The notes beneath the pieces were generated by a model. The model had not been told where the DNA came from. It made no database searches and worked only from the letters and a program-made list of their open reading frames with translations. Shown here in pieces: positions 1 to 11,563 of a stretch of DNA of 64,000 nucleotides. The stretch is from Piedraia hortae CBS 480.64 (Eukaryota). A program made the position numbers and the translations under genes. Location: the NCBI GenBank assembly GCA_010093745.1, contig MU005997.1, positions 1 to 64,000 of the forward strand. The letters are read 5' to 3'. How positions within the stretch are numbered: position 1 is the stretch's first letter; every line of letters begins with the position of its first letter.

Positions 1-459
1 AATAATGCGCGTAATATACCGCATATTCACAACAACTTCTCATTCCGCGAATGTGGGCAAGTCACACACACAATACACTCACAATAGAAATTTGCACCCA
101 AAAATCAGTCACTCCTACGTAAGGCAACTAGACAACTAAACTTCAGTCACCCCACAAAGTCAACCGCATCATCACAATGGCCAAGCTTGGCTCCAGGGCA
201 GTGTGCTTATCGGATACTGAGATCCAGGAGACAATTGACGATGCTGGGCTTTAGTATCGTCAAGGGTGGCCTCGCCTACCTCATCTCCCAAAGACTACCA
301 AATCACACGGTACTGAGGGTCTTGTTGAGGATAGAGTGGGCCTTTTCGAGATGGTCCGCTCCATCTTACGAACGCAACGAGTAAGCTTTTTAACAATTCA
401 TTTGGCCTTTCGTTGTACCGCAGGTCAAAAACCCTGACGCGTCTTACGCGACCCTCGTG

Positions 460-1850
460 ATGGGAACAATTGATCGTGAAGATCAGCCTCTTTTGCATGC
501 CATTGTAGCATTGTGTAAGGCTTTACAGCGCAAGCCAGACACCGCACAGCTCACGATCGAGCTCATTGATCAACGCGTCATCGATGGCCTGTTCATCTTT
601 CCTTTCGCGCGCGGCTCCATCACACCCTACAGTGACATCAACGTGTATGAAACGATTGTGGAGATTGTTGTCAAGCATGGAGAGGATTGGGATGATCTTA
701 AGCTTGTTCGGCGCGGCCTGGTCCCCAATGAAGCTAAGTACTCGGAGACTATTGTCATAACAACTCCAACTGCCGATGCAGACAATTGCTTATTGAAGAT
801 ACAGCCAGAAATACGCTTGCGATTTAATGCAGTGGGCCCTCGTGGCTGGTAAGTGGAAATCCCCTGTGGGTTTTCGATAAAGCCCAAACTGAAGCAGGCA
901 TTTAGTGAGTCTCTTGTGTACGGATCATCCGTGTTCATGGGGGCCTCTATTGGCCAATGTGATATCCCCAACCACTGGGGTACGGCCGGAGGCATGTTCG
1001 TGCTCGAAAATGGGCAGGAATGCATTCTTACAAACCCACCTCGTAATAATTAACGCAGCGATTGAAGAGCGTAAGTATAGGCAATTCGCTGCATTCCTCT
1101 AGCTAACAGTGAACAAGTCTTGAACAATAAGCCTGGCCGTGCACTAGGGCCGGAGGTACTGCAAAGAAAAGATGTAGAAACGATATCCCTTGAATGCCCA
1201 CCCGAAATACACCATTGACACTACAAAGAATTTCCGGAGGGAATTATCAGCATTTATGGCAAGTATTAACGCCACGCTGAAATGGTGCGAGAGCAACGAA
1301 CGAAATATAGCATTATTAGCACAAGTGATCTGTGTGTTTGTGATGTATACGCGTCTTCAGGTCGCAGATCGTTTAGGTCATCACAATACCAAGCAAATCC
1401 AGCCAACGGCCTGCTGATCGAAGAGCCGTCGCAAACCCTACCGGGGTACCTGCTGGACTAGGGCCTGGTTTGCCTCCGCAACCGAACCATGGAAAACGGC
1501 GTGCTGCCTTTACCCCCAGCCCGAAACATCCCGACGAGGTTTTGCCCGATCCCTGGGGGCCACGAATGCCGTGATTGATCCGTGCTCAACAACGGGAAGG
1601 TCGGTGTGCAAAAATTTGACATCACGGTGGCCAAATATGGCGCCGCACCTCTCCTGTCTTTTGGTTTGATGGGCGAATCCCGAAAGGGGGCGTTGCCCAG
1701 GATTACAGAGTGCCGCAAGAGCAAATGGAGTTACGTCCCCTCGTGGCGCCATTAGCAAGCCTTTCTTAGAGAATGGCGATTCTGGCAGTATTTTTTTTCA
1801 CACGCCTTCAGGCAAGTGGTTGGGGCTCACCTTTGTTGAGACTGTAACCG
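460..1850 (+). pseudogene. Decayed trypsin-like (PA clan, Ssy5/S64-like fungal) serine protease
   Basis: Collinear motifs: MGASIG..WGTAGG..ILTN(H) at ~938-1040, D*GLV at 1456-1470, VAKYGAA at ~1627, NGDSGSIFF at 1772-1798. Interrupted by in-frame stops (850-852, 1459-1461, 1576-1578) and frameshifts. Ends are approximate. Confidence 0.65.
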
Positions 1851-3074
1851 GCCAGGCCGTCTTCACGCCGATTGATGTCATATTCAGTTAAAGGGGACAA
1901 ACTGATAGTTGGAGTACACTGAGACATAAATAATTGTATTGTTATGTATGCTGCATACATGAAAGGGCGTTGTTCATGGTCATCACGTGACACATCCTTC
2001 AACTTATTCCATGACATCTAGCGCGTAACGGGCCTCAAAGTCGTGGTGTCGTCTTATGACGGGTCCTATCATGAGTAGGACCTGATATAGTAGTTCGGTG
2101 ATTGATGGGCACGTATCGCATACGAGTTTACAAACCTATTTGCCGTTGTTGTGATGCTCGATCAGCTTTTGTTCGAAAGTTTTCACCCTTTCCCATCATT
2201 TCCTGCAGAAAAATTTTCCAGCCCATTCTTGCAGGGTCAAGTTTTAACTCATGTGGATAATCGGAATGCTGAATGTGCGCGCCCCTGAAGAGATGTGCGT
2301 CGCCGTAGTTTCTTGTTTAAAGGCCTTCGAGCGCCTTCGTTGGTTGCTGTTTTATGTTTTTCTAGACTCCGAGTGCATTCACATTTTCATCTTTTCTCGG
2401 GCCACGGGCGTGCATCTGGTCTGATAGCAGCCCACTTCCCCGGCTTCTAGAGGTTCTGCGGGAGTTTGTATTCCAATGCCACGCTCAACACAGATTACGA
2501 TAATGCGTTACCAATGTTTGTCCATGACCTTCGCCCCACATAATTAGTTGTTGAACAAGTCCAACACATAATGAAAATGGAAACCAACAACGTGAAACCA
2601 ACGAACTATGAACGGGATGTGAATCCACCAGATTCTGTAAACTTGCCAGCAAGTCCTGCGTGCATGCATACGCTAACAGACATCATGTGAAGGACATAAG
2701 CACGATCCAATTTGCCCCGCTAACGGTGCAGACGCATGCCAAATTTTGACAGCCTTGGACAGCGTGTTCACGGATATAACATACCGTGGCTAATTTCGCA
2801 GAGTCATTAGTTTAGTCAAGTGGGAACATGGCACAGGACCACAGCACATTGCCTGCAAAGCTCTGCGGGCCGCCAAGACTTGGTTCAGATTCACATCACG
2901 TGGAGGGCAGTGGGGTGGTAGGGTGGCGTCGACCCCGCCTTTTCGGCCACGCGGCGCAAAGCCAAATTGGACACTGCATTTGTAGCAGCAGCAGAGCCCG
3001 AGGACTTCTCACCCAGGGCATCTTCCTTGTCCTAGCACCATCTCTTGTGGTAACTGTTCACCCACCAGATCGAG

Positions 3075-4685
3075 ATGACGTTGGCCGCTGCTGCCGAGCG
3101 GATTGCCGCTCAGTTCGAGTACCCACGTTCGGCAGTCCAGCGCGGGGTTCACGAGTTTCTGCGGGAGATGAAGGAAGGGCTCCGCAAATCGGGAACAACG
3201 CTGTCACAGCTCCCCAGTTATGTCACCGCGGTGCCAGATGGCTCCGAGAAGGGCGTCTACATGGCGGTTGATCTGGGCGGGACCAACTTCCGCGTCTGCT
3301 CCATCAGGCTGCACGGGAATGGCACCTTTAGCCTGACGCAGGAGAAGACCAAGGTACCTGCAGAGATGATGCTTGCGAAGACGGGCAAAGAGCTCTTCGG
3401 CTTCATGGCAGATCGGATCGAGGCGTTTCTGAAGACGCACCACGAAGCGTATCATGCAGCACACGTGAGAAGGCGCACTCGGGGTTTGGGATATTCGGAT
3501 GAGGAAATGTTCAGTCTCGGCTTTACTTTTAGTTTTCCTGTGGAGCAGCAGGGCATCAATAAGGGTACTTTGATCCGCTGGACGAAGGGGTTTGACATTC
3601 CCGACGTGATTGGAAAAGACGTATGTTCCCTGCTGCAGACCGAGATTGACGCTCGTTATCTGCCCGTTCGTGTTGTGGCCTTGGTCAACGACACTGTTGG
3701 CACACTCCTTGCCCGGGCTTACACCAATACTTCCAAGAACGCTACGGTGCTTGGTGCCATCTTTGGAACAGGCACCAACGGAGCGTACGTGGAGAAGCTG
3801 GACCGCATTCTAAAGATGTCCGATGCATCGGATGTGGACCGCAGTACGGGAGACATGATCATCAACACCGAATGGGGCAGCTTTGATAATCCGCAAAGTG
3901 TGTTGCCCGTCACATCTTATGACATCCAATTGGATCAAAACTCGGTCAATCCAGGCGTGCACATGTTTGAGAAGCGCGTGTCGGGCCTGTTTCTGGGCGA
4001 GATCCTGCGACGGGCCCTTTTGGAGCTCGTCAAGGATCCTTCAGCTGCATTGTTCTCGGATGAGAACAGCAACCAAAACGACACACACAGCACGACCAAC
4101 ATTGCCGCCTCTAGCCCGTTGTATGAACCATTCGGGCTGGACACTTCGTTGCTATCGCTCGTCGCTGGTGACGACTCAAAGGGCCTCAAGATTACCCGCC
4201 AGGCCCTTGATGGGGACTACGGCATCTCTGCTGCTTCGGCTGAAGATGCGGAAGCAGTGCGACTGATTGCCGCTGCAATAGGAAAACGCGCTGCTCGTCT
4301 CGCTGCTGTGGCCATTGCCGCTATTGTCATCCACACAAACGCGCTCAGGACGGCAGACCAAGTCGATGTTGGTGTCGATGGTTCGCTGGTAGAATTCTAC
4401 CCCAACTTCGAGGACTATGTTCGCGAAGCTCTCCGTGAAATAGCTCAGATCGGAGAGAGTGGTGAGAAACGGATACATATTGGCATAGCCAAGGATGGAT
4501 CGGGCGTGGGCGCAGCGCTCTGTGCGCTTGTTGCTGAGGCCGCACAACGAGGCAAGTCTTCTGCTGTCCTCGATTGCGAGATGCTGACCGTCGCAGAAGC
4601 TGTAAACGATGAGTATGAGGAGTCTGACAATCTATTCAGTCGTCTAATTGGAGTGATAAATGATGCAGTGCGGCTGCGTGTATAG
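3075..4685 (+). CDS. GLK1: Glucokinase (hexokinase family)
   Basis: AVDLGGTNFRVC, LGFTFSFPV, LIRWTKGF, VNDTVGTL, GAIFGTGTNGAY, INTEWG and KDGSGVGAAL motifs. Possible in-frame GC-AG intron 4552-4596. Confidence 0.92.
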   Translation: MTLAAAAERIAAQFEYPRSAVQRGVHEFLREMKEGLRKSGTTLSQLPSYVTAVPDGSEKGVYMAVDLGGTNFRVCSIRLHGNGTFSLTQEKTKVPAEMMLAKTGKELFGFMADRIEAFLKTHHEAYHAAHVRRRTRGLGYSDEEMFSLGFTFSFPVEQQGINKGTLIRWTKGFDIPDVIGKDVCSLLQTEIDARYLPVRVVALVNDTVGTLLARAYTNTSKNATVLGAIFGTGTNGAYVEKLDRILKMSDASDVDRSTGDMIINTEWGSFDNPQSVLPVTSYDIQLDQNSVNPGVHMFEKRVSGLFLGEILRRALLELVKDPSAALFSDENSNQNDTHSTTNIAASSPLYEPFGLDTSLLSLVAGDDSKGLKITRQALDGDYGISAASAEDAEAVRLIAAAIGKRAARLAAVAIAAIVIHTNALRTADQVDVGVDGSLVEFYPNFEDYVREALREIAQIGESGEKRIHIGIAKDGSGVGAALCALVAEAAQRGKSSAVLDCEMLTVAEAVNDEYEESDNLFSRLIGVINDAVRLRV

Positions 4686-4828
4686 CTTGGTTGGCATTGA
4701 ATCTGGTGTTGAGGATGCTTAAAAAGGTCTGTAGGGGTGAACCACTCTGCTGCACTGTATATATGCTTAGCTTTTGCCGCATACGGTGTGAGTTATCGTG
4801 TTTTTCGGTCAACTTCACACCACGTCGT

Positions 4829-5458
4829 TCAGCGATGCGACTTTGATCTGGTTTCCATCGGATGCTCCACATCTTTCGTAATCGTATCCGTCAACGGGTT
4901 GTATGGTGCAGCAACATTGAACTGTGTACCACTCGGTGCTCGACGCTGCTCCTCATGCAAGCGGTCCAGACCCTCACCAACAATGTGATATTTGTCCCAG
5001 TTGACGTACGGCATTCGCACGATATTCTGCGGCCCCGGGATATTGGCAAATGACGTGGTGCTCTCCGCAGGGGTTGCGCCTTGATTCAGAGCTTGAAAGT
5101 CCAATCCAAAAGAGGGCTGCGACTCCCTTACTCGGCCTCTGATTAGCTCATCTTTAAAGTGTCCTGGATCGTTCAGGGCTCGGAATTTGATCTCTTCCAA
5201 AGTCTTGAGGTCTTTTTGGGCCTGTTGACGCTGATACTGCAAGGCCGAAATGGCAGCTCTCAGTGCAATGGCGTCAGGATTGGATTCGCTCGAAAATGGC
5301 AGTGGAGCTGGAGGCGTTAGGGATCCCACTTCTGGTACGTTTTGAGCCGGACAGGTGGGCTGAGCCTTGGGAGTTATGGGAGAGAAGGCTGGAGCCTGGG
5401 GGGATGAAGGGCGACGTGCTGGAGGGCTGGGACGCGGAGGCTTGATTGTCAGCGTCAT
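4829..5458 (-). CDS. Hypothetical protein (Pro-rich N-terminus, coiled coil)
   Basis: 209-aa ATG ORF containing NPDAIALRAAISALQYQRQQA..PGPQNIVRMPYVNWDKYHIVGE, which looks like a conserved fungal domain. Fills the gap between GLK1 and SEC9. Confidence 0.75.
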   Translation of the reverse strand: MTLTIKPPRPSPPARRPSSPQAPAFSPITPKAQPTCPAQNVPEVGSLTPPAPLPFSSESNPDAIALRAAISALQYQRQQAQKDLKTLEEIKFRALNDPGHFKDELIRGRVRESQPSFGLDFQALNQGATPAESTTSFANIPGPQNIVRMPYVNWDKYHIVGEGLDRLHEEQRRAPSGTQFNVAAPYNPLTDTITKDVEHPMETRSKSHR

Positions 5459-5634
5459 GCTACTGGGAAAGGGGCATTTGTTTGAGTCGCCCGCGATGAT
5501 CTGATTGAACGAATGACGTCATGCTAATATGCCAAAAATAGTTTTTTTGCATGTGACGTGTGACGTCCCTGCGTCCCTGCATGAAGCCAAGTCTGTAGTT
5601 GCCGTCAGCCAACAGCCCCTGGAAAGTTGAAGCC

Positions 5635-6755
5635 ATGCCATTCGGATTCAAGAAAGGAGACAAGGAAAAGGAAAAGGACGACTTAGACAGCAAAAAGGCC
5701 TCGTTGTTTGGACGGTCCAAGGAGAAGAAGGCGGCTTCCACCAACCCCTATGCCACTCCGGCCAACAACGACCCATATGCCCCGGGGAAAGATGTCCACA
5801 CGGCCGGCAAGGATCCACATTCCCCGCCCACGGCTGCCCTGGCCTCGACATCACTGAGCTCTCCGCCACCGGCCTACAGCGAGGTCGGCGACCGCAATGC
5901 TCTCTTCGGTGACGCAGCGCAGCGGGCCCAGAACGGGGCGGCCGTTTCAACGGGAGAGATGGCTGGGGGATACGGTGCCTCGCGCGAGCTGAGCGAAGAG
6001 GAAATTGCAGAGGCAGAAGCGGATGACGCCAAGCAGCAGATTCGTGAGACGAAGAACGCAACACTGGAATCGATTCAGCGATCGCGAGCAAATGCCAGTC
6101 GGACGGCAGAACTGGGCCGGGAGACACTCGCCCGCTTGGGACGTCAAGGCGAGATGATCCACAACACGGAGCGGCTGATCGATGAGACTTCGGTCCACGC
6201 AGAAAGATCGAAGCACAAGGCAGAGGAGCTCCGACGGTTGCAGCGCTCAATGTTCCTCCCGACGGGCAACTACAATGCCGTCTCGGCCAGCAAGAAGAAG
6301 CGTGCCGAGCATGACTACCAGGAGCTTACGCGACACCAGGAAGAGAAGCGTATAGCCGATCAGACGCGTAAGCTCGCCCAAGACTCGGCAATGAGACAAG
6401 ACCAAGTGTCGCGTAACATTGGAGGAATGGCCAACCAGGCGCCCAAACAGCGGAACCTGACGCAGCGTTCCAAGTACCAGTTTGAAGCCGACAGCGAGGA
6501 TGATGAGATCGAGAACCAGATCGAGGACGGACTGTAGGTTGCGGTTGATGTCTTGTTTTTGCATTGGCTGACGAGTGACATAGAGATGATTTGGCAAACA
6601 ACGTCCGCATCATCAAAGCCGTGGGCCAAGCCATGGGCGAGGAGCTGGATAACCAGAACAAGCACCTCGCCAGAATCAACGAACGCGCCGATAAGGTGGA
6701 CGATACCATCCACATGAACAACACGAGACTCCAACAAATCTCTAAGAGGGCCTGA
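5635..6755 (+). CDS. SEC9: Plasma-membrane t-SNARE Sec9 (SNAP-25-like), 2 exons
   Basis: Two SNARE motifs (GRETLARLGRQGEMIHNTE; KYQFEADSEDDEIENQIEDGL|DDLANNVRIIK..ELDNQNKHLARINERADKVDD). Intron ~6534-6582 (GTAGGT..GCTGAC..TAG). Confidence 0.88.
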
Positions 6756-7146
6756 TTGGGAAAGTGAGACAGGCGACATTGGAAGGATTTTCTAACGTTA
6801 GATATCTTTACAGCGTCTCTTATACAATACAACCTGCGCGGGCAGATGATGTAATTGACGTGGCACATTAGCGTCTTATGTGGACGACATGCCGTGTGGT
6901 TGGAGGGGCGGGAAGTGGTCAGACTGTGGCCCATAGGCGTCCACCAGGGGCGACTGGGCCCAGTGCGCCGTGTGTCAGCCGAGGCGTCGAGTGCAGGACG
7001 CTTGGCGGACGCTGTGGCCGCGTCCACGAGTTTTGTTCAATGTATTTTTCGTGCGCAAGGCGCTCCTCGGCCGTCATTGGCGCCAAAAACGGGCCTGGCG
7101 GGTGGCTGTTCTGCTGTCGACGAGTTACCTGGTTGGTCAGTACGCG

Positions 7147-8313
7147 TCAAGGACGGTTGAATGCAGCTACACCCACGTTGATTTCCCTCATATCCTCATC
7201 GGCCTGCCCGTCGTTCGCACCCTGGACGTCGGGTGCGGCTGGGAAGCCGACGTACTTTGACATGCCGCTCAGCACGCTCACTTCATGGTTGTACTTGGCC
7301 TGCCGTAGCAACTGCGCGTCCCGGTCGGCGGGAAACTTGTACAAGTACTGCTCGTCCTTCTGGTATTGCTGTCGCCGTTCCCGCTGCAGGCTGGCCGAGT
7401 CCCGACAGAGCTCGGCAAGTGTCCGGTCCCGCAGGTCGCGGACTTCCTGGTCGTACTGACACATGAGCTGCGCCCTTTCGCCCAGCGTCGTCCGGCGAAT
7501 GCTCTGCAGACGAAGTGCGTAGTACGCATAGGCTTCGCGCACCTGTCGCTCCCGTCGCGCATCCACGCAGACTACCTGACGCTGGTACTCGACATGTTGG
7601 CAGTCTGGCGCCGACAAGGCCGAAAGGGCCTCGTTCATGCTCGCCAGACGCTCATCGTATATTCGTCGACGGAAGCCAACAAACTGCTTCATCAATTGCT
7701 CAAACGATGCTGCCGCTCCTGCCAACAAGTCCGGCTCGGCTTCGTTCTGATTCGTCTGAACTTCGTTATGAGCCGATTTCCGACCTTTTTGCCTGCCCTT
7801 TTTCCCTTTACGCCCTCCATTGTGGGAAGCGGCCTGGGTAGGTTTGTCTTGGTCAAGACTTTGCTCTGCATGTGGCCGCGGGGGGCTGGAAAGGTGGTCT
7901 ATGGATCGTTTGCGCTTTTGACCTGAACCGCACGTCAGCCGCTTCAGTGATTGTCAGGGTTTCTGCCCACCTGTTTTGACCTCGTTCAAATTTTCCATTC
8001 CGTCCACGAGAGTAGGAGAATTGGCAGGATCCTCTGCAGGTTTTTCTGTGGGATCCTCGGCGTGCTCTTCTGCGACAGCGAGCTGGTCGAGCTTCTTCGG
8101 CTCTGTGTCTGCAGTTTTCACCTCAAGGTCGTGGACCGGAGAGCCTGGGTCGTTGTTAATAGCATGGCCGGCGGTTCCGTCGTCATCTTCGGGTTCGCTG
8201 AGTCCGCTGGATTGATCGTCCGCTGCATCTTCCACTGCACCGTTTACCACTGCGGCTACGTGGCTGGGCTGGGCAGTGTCGGGCGCCGGAGACCTCGCGG
8301 CCGTGGGCGACAT
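7147..8313 (-). CDS. Sds3-like domain protein (Rpd3L complex, Dep1-like), 2 exons
   Basis: C-terminal exon has QAKYNHEVSVLSGMSKYVGFPAAP, typical of the Dep1/Sds3 family. Acidic N-terminal exon. Intron ~7923-7970 (GTGGGC..GCTGAC..CAG). Confidence 0.8.
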
Positions 8314-8641
8314 GTTGAGGCGTAACGGAGTGTTGAGCCGAGATGCAGATGGGCAACGTGGAGTGCTTATGCAATCGAAGCTGGCGACAATATTCCGACG
8401 GGTGGCACGCGTGGCCACGCGACGCCTATATGCGGTTTAGTCCTGCGATTTATCAGTGTATCGAGTGTCTCGCCGATGACGATTGCGGATCCAAAAGGGT
8501 CTAAATACGGCTCGGCCCGTACCAGGCCGATCCGCGGCGCCGGTATTTCTCCGCGCGAATGATGGGAAGCCCACCCACGGGGCGTGATAATTCTTGCTGT
8601 TCATTTTGCGAGACCGCGAGGTTTTCTTTCGATTCGTCACC

Positions 8642-10141
8642 ATGGCCAAAAGTGAAAAGACTAAGGCAGCATCGTCCAAGAGCAAAAAACCTACCAAAGT
8701 AGTCTCTCTATTGGCAGCCCAGTCCAGGGTCGACCAGAAGCTCTCATCTCTGTTTGCTACGGTAGGTGTGTGAGCCTAGTCAAACGTCCAACGACTGACC
8801 TTTTAGCCCGCCCCAATAGCGCCGAGAGTGGTCAAAGCTGCCCCGAGAATTGCCGCTGTGGAGGGTCCTTCGAAGCCAGCCAATAATGACGTCTCAGAAG
8901 GCGGTCCAAAGGTGGTCGAGGATACCGAACCCAGACGAAAGCGGAAGCGCAGGGACGTCGAGGAAGAGCGCGAAGAGGCATACCTGAAGCGCTGGGCCGA
9001 AGCAGAGGAGAGGGAGACGGACAAGGCTGTAAAGAAACGAAGAAAAGCGGAAGAGGAAGAGGAAGAAAAAAAAACAGAGGAAAAAGAAGAGGAAGAACAC
9101 GACACGGAAAGTGAAGCCGAGGCGGAAGACAATGAACCCATCAAACACGAAACTCAAGAGGCCACTGAGGTGGAGCTTGACAAGGCCGCCAGGACCGTCT
9201 TCCTCGGCAACGTTTCGACGTCTGCAATCACATCCAAGTCCGACCGAAAGGCTTTAATGCGCCATCTGAGTTCATTCTTTGGGGATGTTTCGGATGAAAG
9301 GCCACAGATCGAGTCGTTGCGGTTCCGCTCGACTCCGTATGCGACGGCCATGCCCAAGAAGGCCGCCTACACGCGTGGAGAGCTCATGGACGCAACTACA
9401 AAGTCGACCAACGCATATGTCGTCTACTCTACGCCGCTGCTGGCCCGGGAGGCTGCCCGTCTTCTAAACGGCAGCGTTGTGCTTGATCGGCATTTGCGGG
9501 TGGACCAAGTGGCCCATCCCGCTCCTGTAGACCACCATCGCTGCGTCTTCGTGGGCAACCTGGGCTTCGTTGACGACGAAAGCAATATCCAGGACGCGAA
9601 TGAAGAAGACGGTCGTGAGAAGCGCAAGAAAGCCAAGGAGCCGGCGGATGCTGAGGAAGGCCTCTGGCGGACGTTCGGCCGCTGCGGCACCGTCGAATCT
9701 GTGCGCGTGATTCGGGACAGCGCAACCAGGGTGGGAAAAGGCGTTGCGTACGTGCAGTTTGCCGACGCCAACGCCGTCGAGGCTGCCCTCCTCTACAACG
9801 AAAAGAAATTCCCGCCCATGCTGCCGCGCAAGCTACGGGTGTCTCGCGCCAAGGCACAGAAGCGCAAGGTGGCTAAGCCGCAGGCCAAGTCCAAAACCTA
9901 CCAGCGTAAGGTCAGCGCCGAAGAGTCTTCGAGGCTGGGCCGCGCAGGGAAGCTGTTGGGTAAGGCGGGAGCGGCTCAGATGAAGAAGCCCGAGGCATTT
10001 GTCTTCGAGGGTCATCGAGCCAGTTCATCATCCGGAGTCCAAGGCCTCAAGTTTGGAAAATCAAAGAAAAAGAAATCAGGAAAGCCAGCCACGCGGAGCG
10101 CACAGCGAGCGGCGGCGTACAAAGCGAAGAAGAATAAGTAG
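8642..10141 (+). CDS. NOP12: Nucleolar protein 12 (two RRMs), 2 exons
   Basis: [53 protein letters not shown]. Exon 1 8642-8761, intron 8762-8806. Confidence 0.9.
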
Positions 10142-10148
10142 ACATATA

Positions 10149-11417
10149 TCATCGCAGCGTCCAGTCTTTGTACGACCATTTCTCGGTGCGCGTCTTCTTG
10201 GCCTGTTTGTGCTGTTCACGATCTCTTCTCTTACGCACTTCCAACTTACCGTTGATTAGCGCATTGCGGTAGCGGTCGGTCAGGAGATTTCCCTCGGGCC
10301 GCAGACGGCGCAGCGAATCAGTAAGATCCTCGGTAAGCTGCACCTCCAGCGGCGCTTCAGGAACCGGAAGACGGCCGAAGCGACGCTTTTGCAACACGAC
10401 CTCGTCTGTCTTGTCCTCTTCCTCGCCATTCTCTGTCAGGTTCTTGCCGTTCTCGGCCCTGTCCTTACCGTCACCCAGCTGACGACGTCTGACTTCCTTT
10501 GCGATCTGAGCAATCCTCTGTTCCTCAGCCTCGCGCATCTTCTGCTTCTTCTTGCCGCGTTCCTCTGCTTCTCGCAGCTTTCGCGCCTTTATTTTCGTGC
10601 GCTCAGCCGGCGTCTTCCGCCGTGGTTGCTTAGTTGTGTGGGGCTGCTCATCCTCCGTCTCGAACCCTTCCCATTCTGTTCCATATTCATCGTCTTCTCG
10701 TTCCCATTGCTCCACTCTTTCCGCCTCGGCCCTCGCGCGAGCTTCCTTTTCCTTTTGCTCTGCTTCTGCGCGAAGACGGGCACTTTCCGCTTCTACGGCG
10801 GCAGCGCCTTCCCGCTGAAGCGATGCTTGCCAGTCGGGGTAAGCGGGATTATATGATTTAGAGGCGCTGGGTTTCAACACATCCCGAACACCTTTTCCGT
10901 CTGCTGTCAGCGGCAGAGGTGCCCTTTTGAGTGTCTTTGGTTCCACCTTTGGCCGCACCGGGGCCACGAAGCCATCTGCCGGGGCTTCTTGTTCGGCCCA
11001 AGGATCATAGACGTGCTCTTCCACCTGGACCTCGACACCCCCATCGGCAACATTACGTAGTCTAGTTAACTCACGATGAGGCACATAGTTACCCCGTTTG
11101 TAGCGGTCGCTGGGAGTCGGTGTGGGTGGCACCTTGCGCTTCCTCCCGTCCAGTCCCGGCACGGCGCTCCGCTGCTTCAGAATCTCGTCGCACTTGAGCT
11201 CCTTGCCCTTCAGCTTCTGGCCGATTGAATGGTCGCCAGCTGTGTCAGTGGCAAAGAGTTCGTTTTCAGGTTTTTCCGTAATGACTCCTCCCGTCTGAAT
11301 GATTTCCTGGCGCACTCGCTCAAGGCCAGATTCGACGATCTCCAGGTCGACGTTTTTGCGCCAGGCCTTTTTGCCTTTGCGCGACGGCTGGCTGTGCGTG
11401 GCGGGTTTACCGTTCAT
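10149..11417 (-). CDS. NOP53: Ribosome biogenesis protein Nop53
   Basis: SQPSRKGKKAWRKNVD N-terminus, LFATDTAG motif, SYNP, DSLRRLRPEGNLLTDRY, EKWSYKDW C-terminus. Confidence 0.93.
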   Translation of the reverse strand: MNGKPATHSQPSRKGKKAWRKNVDLEIVESGLERVRQEIIQTGGVITEKPENELFATDTAGDHSIGQKLKGKELKCDEILKQRSAVPGLDGRKRKVPPTPTPSDRYKRGNYVPHRELTRLRNVADGGVEVQVEEHVYDPWAEQEAPADGFVAPVRPKVEPKTLKRAPLPLTADGKGVRDVLKPSASKSYNPAYPDWQASLQREGAAAVEAESARLRAEAEQKEKEARARAEAERVEQWEREDDEYGTEWEGFETEDEQPHTTKQPRRKTPAERTKIKARKLREAEERGKKKQKMREAEEQRIAQIAKEVRRRQLGDGKDRAENGKNLTENGEEEDKTDEVVLQKRRFGRLPVPEAPLEVQLTEDLTDSLRRLRPEGNLLTDRYRNALINGKLEVRKRRDREQHKQAKKTRTEKWSYKDWTLR

Positions 11418-11563
11418 TGTGGTGGCTTAATTTGAAGTGTGCAGAATGTATGTATGATACAGGCGTTCAAAATTGTCGGTGGGCGCACGTGTCAAAGCTC
11501 GGCGAATTCTGATTGGTCGCTCCTCCACCACTTGGCCTCACCAAACTCCTTCCACCACCCGTA

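Noticed and set aside
849..897. GTAAGT..CAG as an intron rescuing the protease ORF
   Set aside because: Splicing here shifts into the wrong frame; the GASIG motif is already in frame past a single TAA, so a premature stop is simpler.
1850..2800. Transposon remnant in the long intergenic stretch before glucokinase
   Set aside because: No TIR/LTR pair, target-site duplication or transposase/RT motif recognised; only a small hairpin at ~2062-2082.
4597..4605. AAG CTG TAA (-KL*) after the glucokinase acceptor as a cryptic PTS1
   Set aside because: The only good donor (4552) is phase 1 and does not give this frame; no phase-0 donor yielding S/A-K-L was found.
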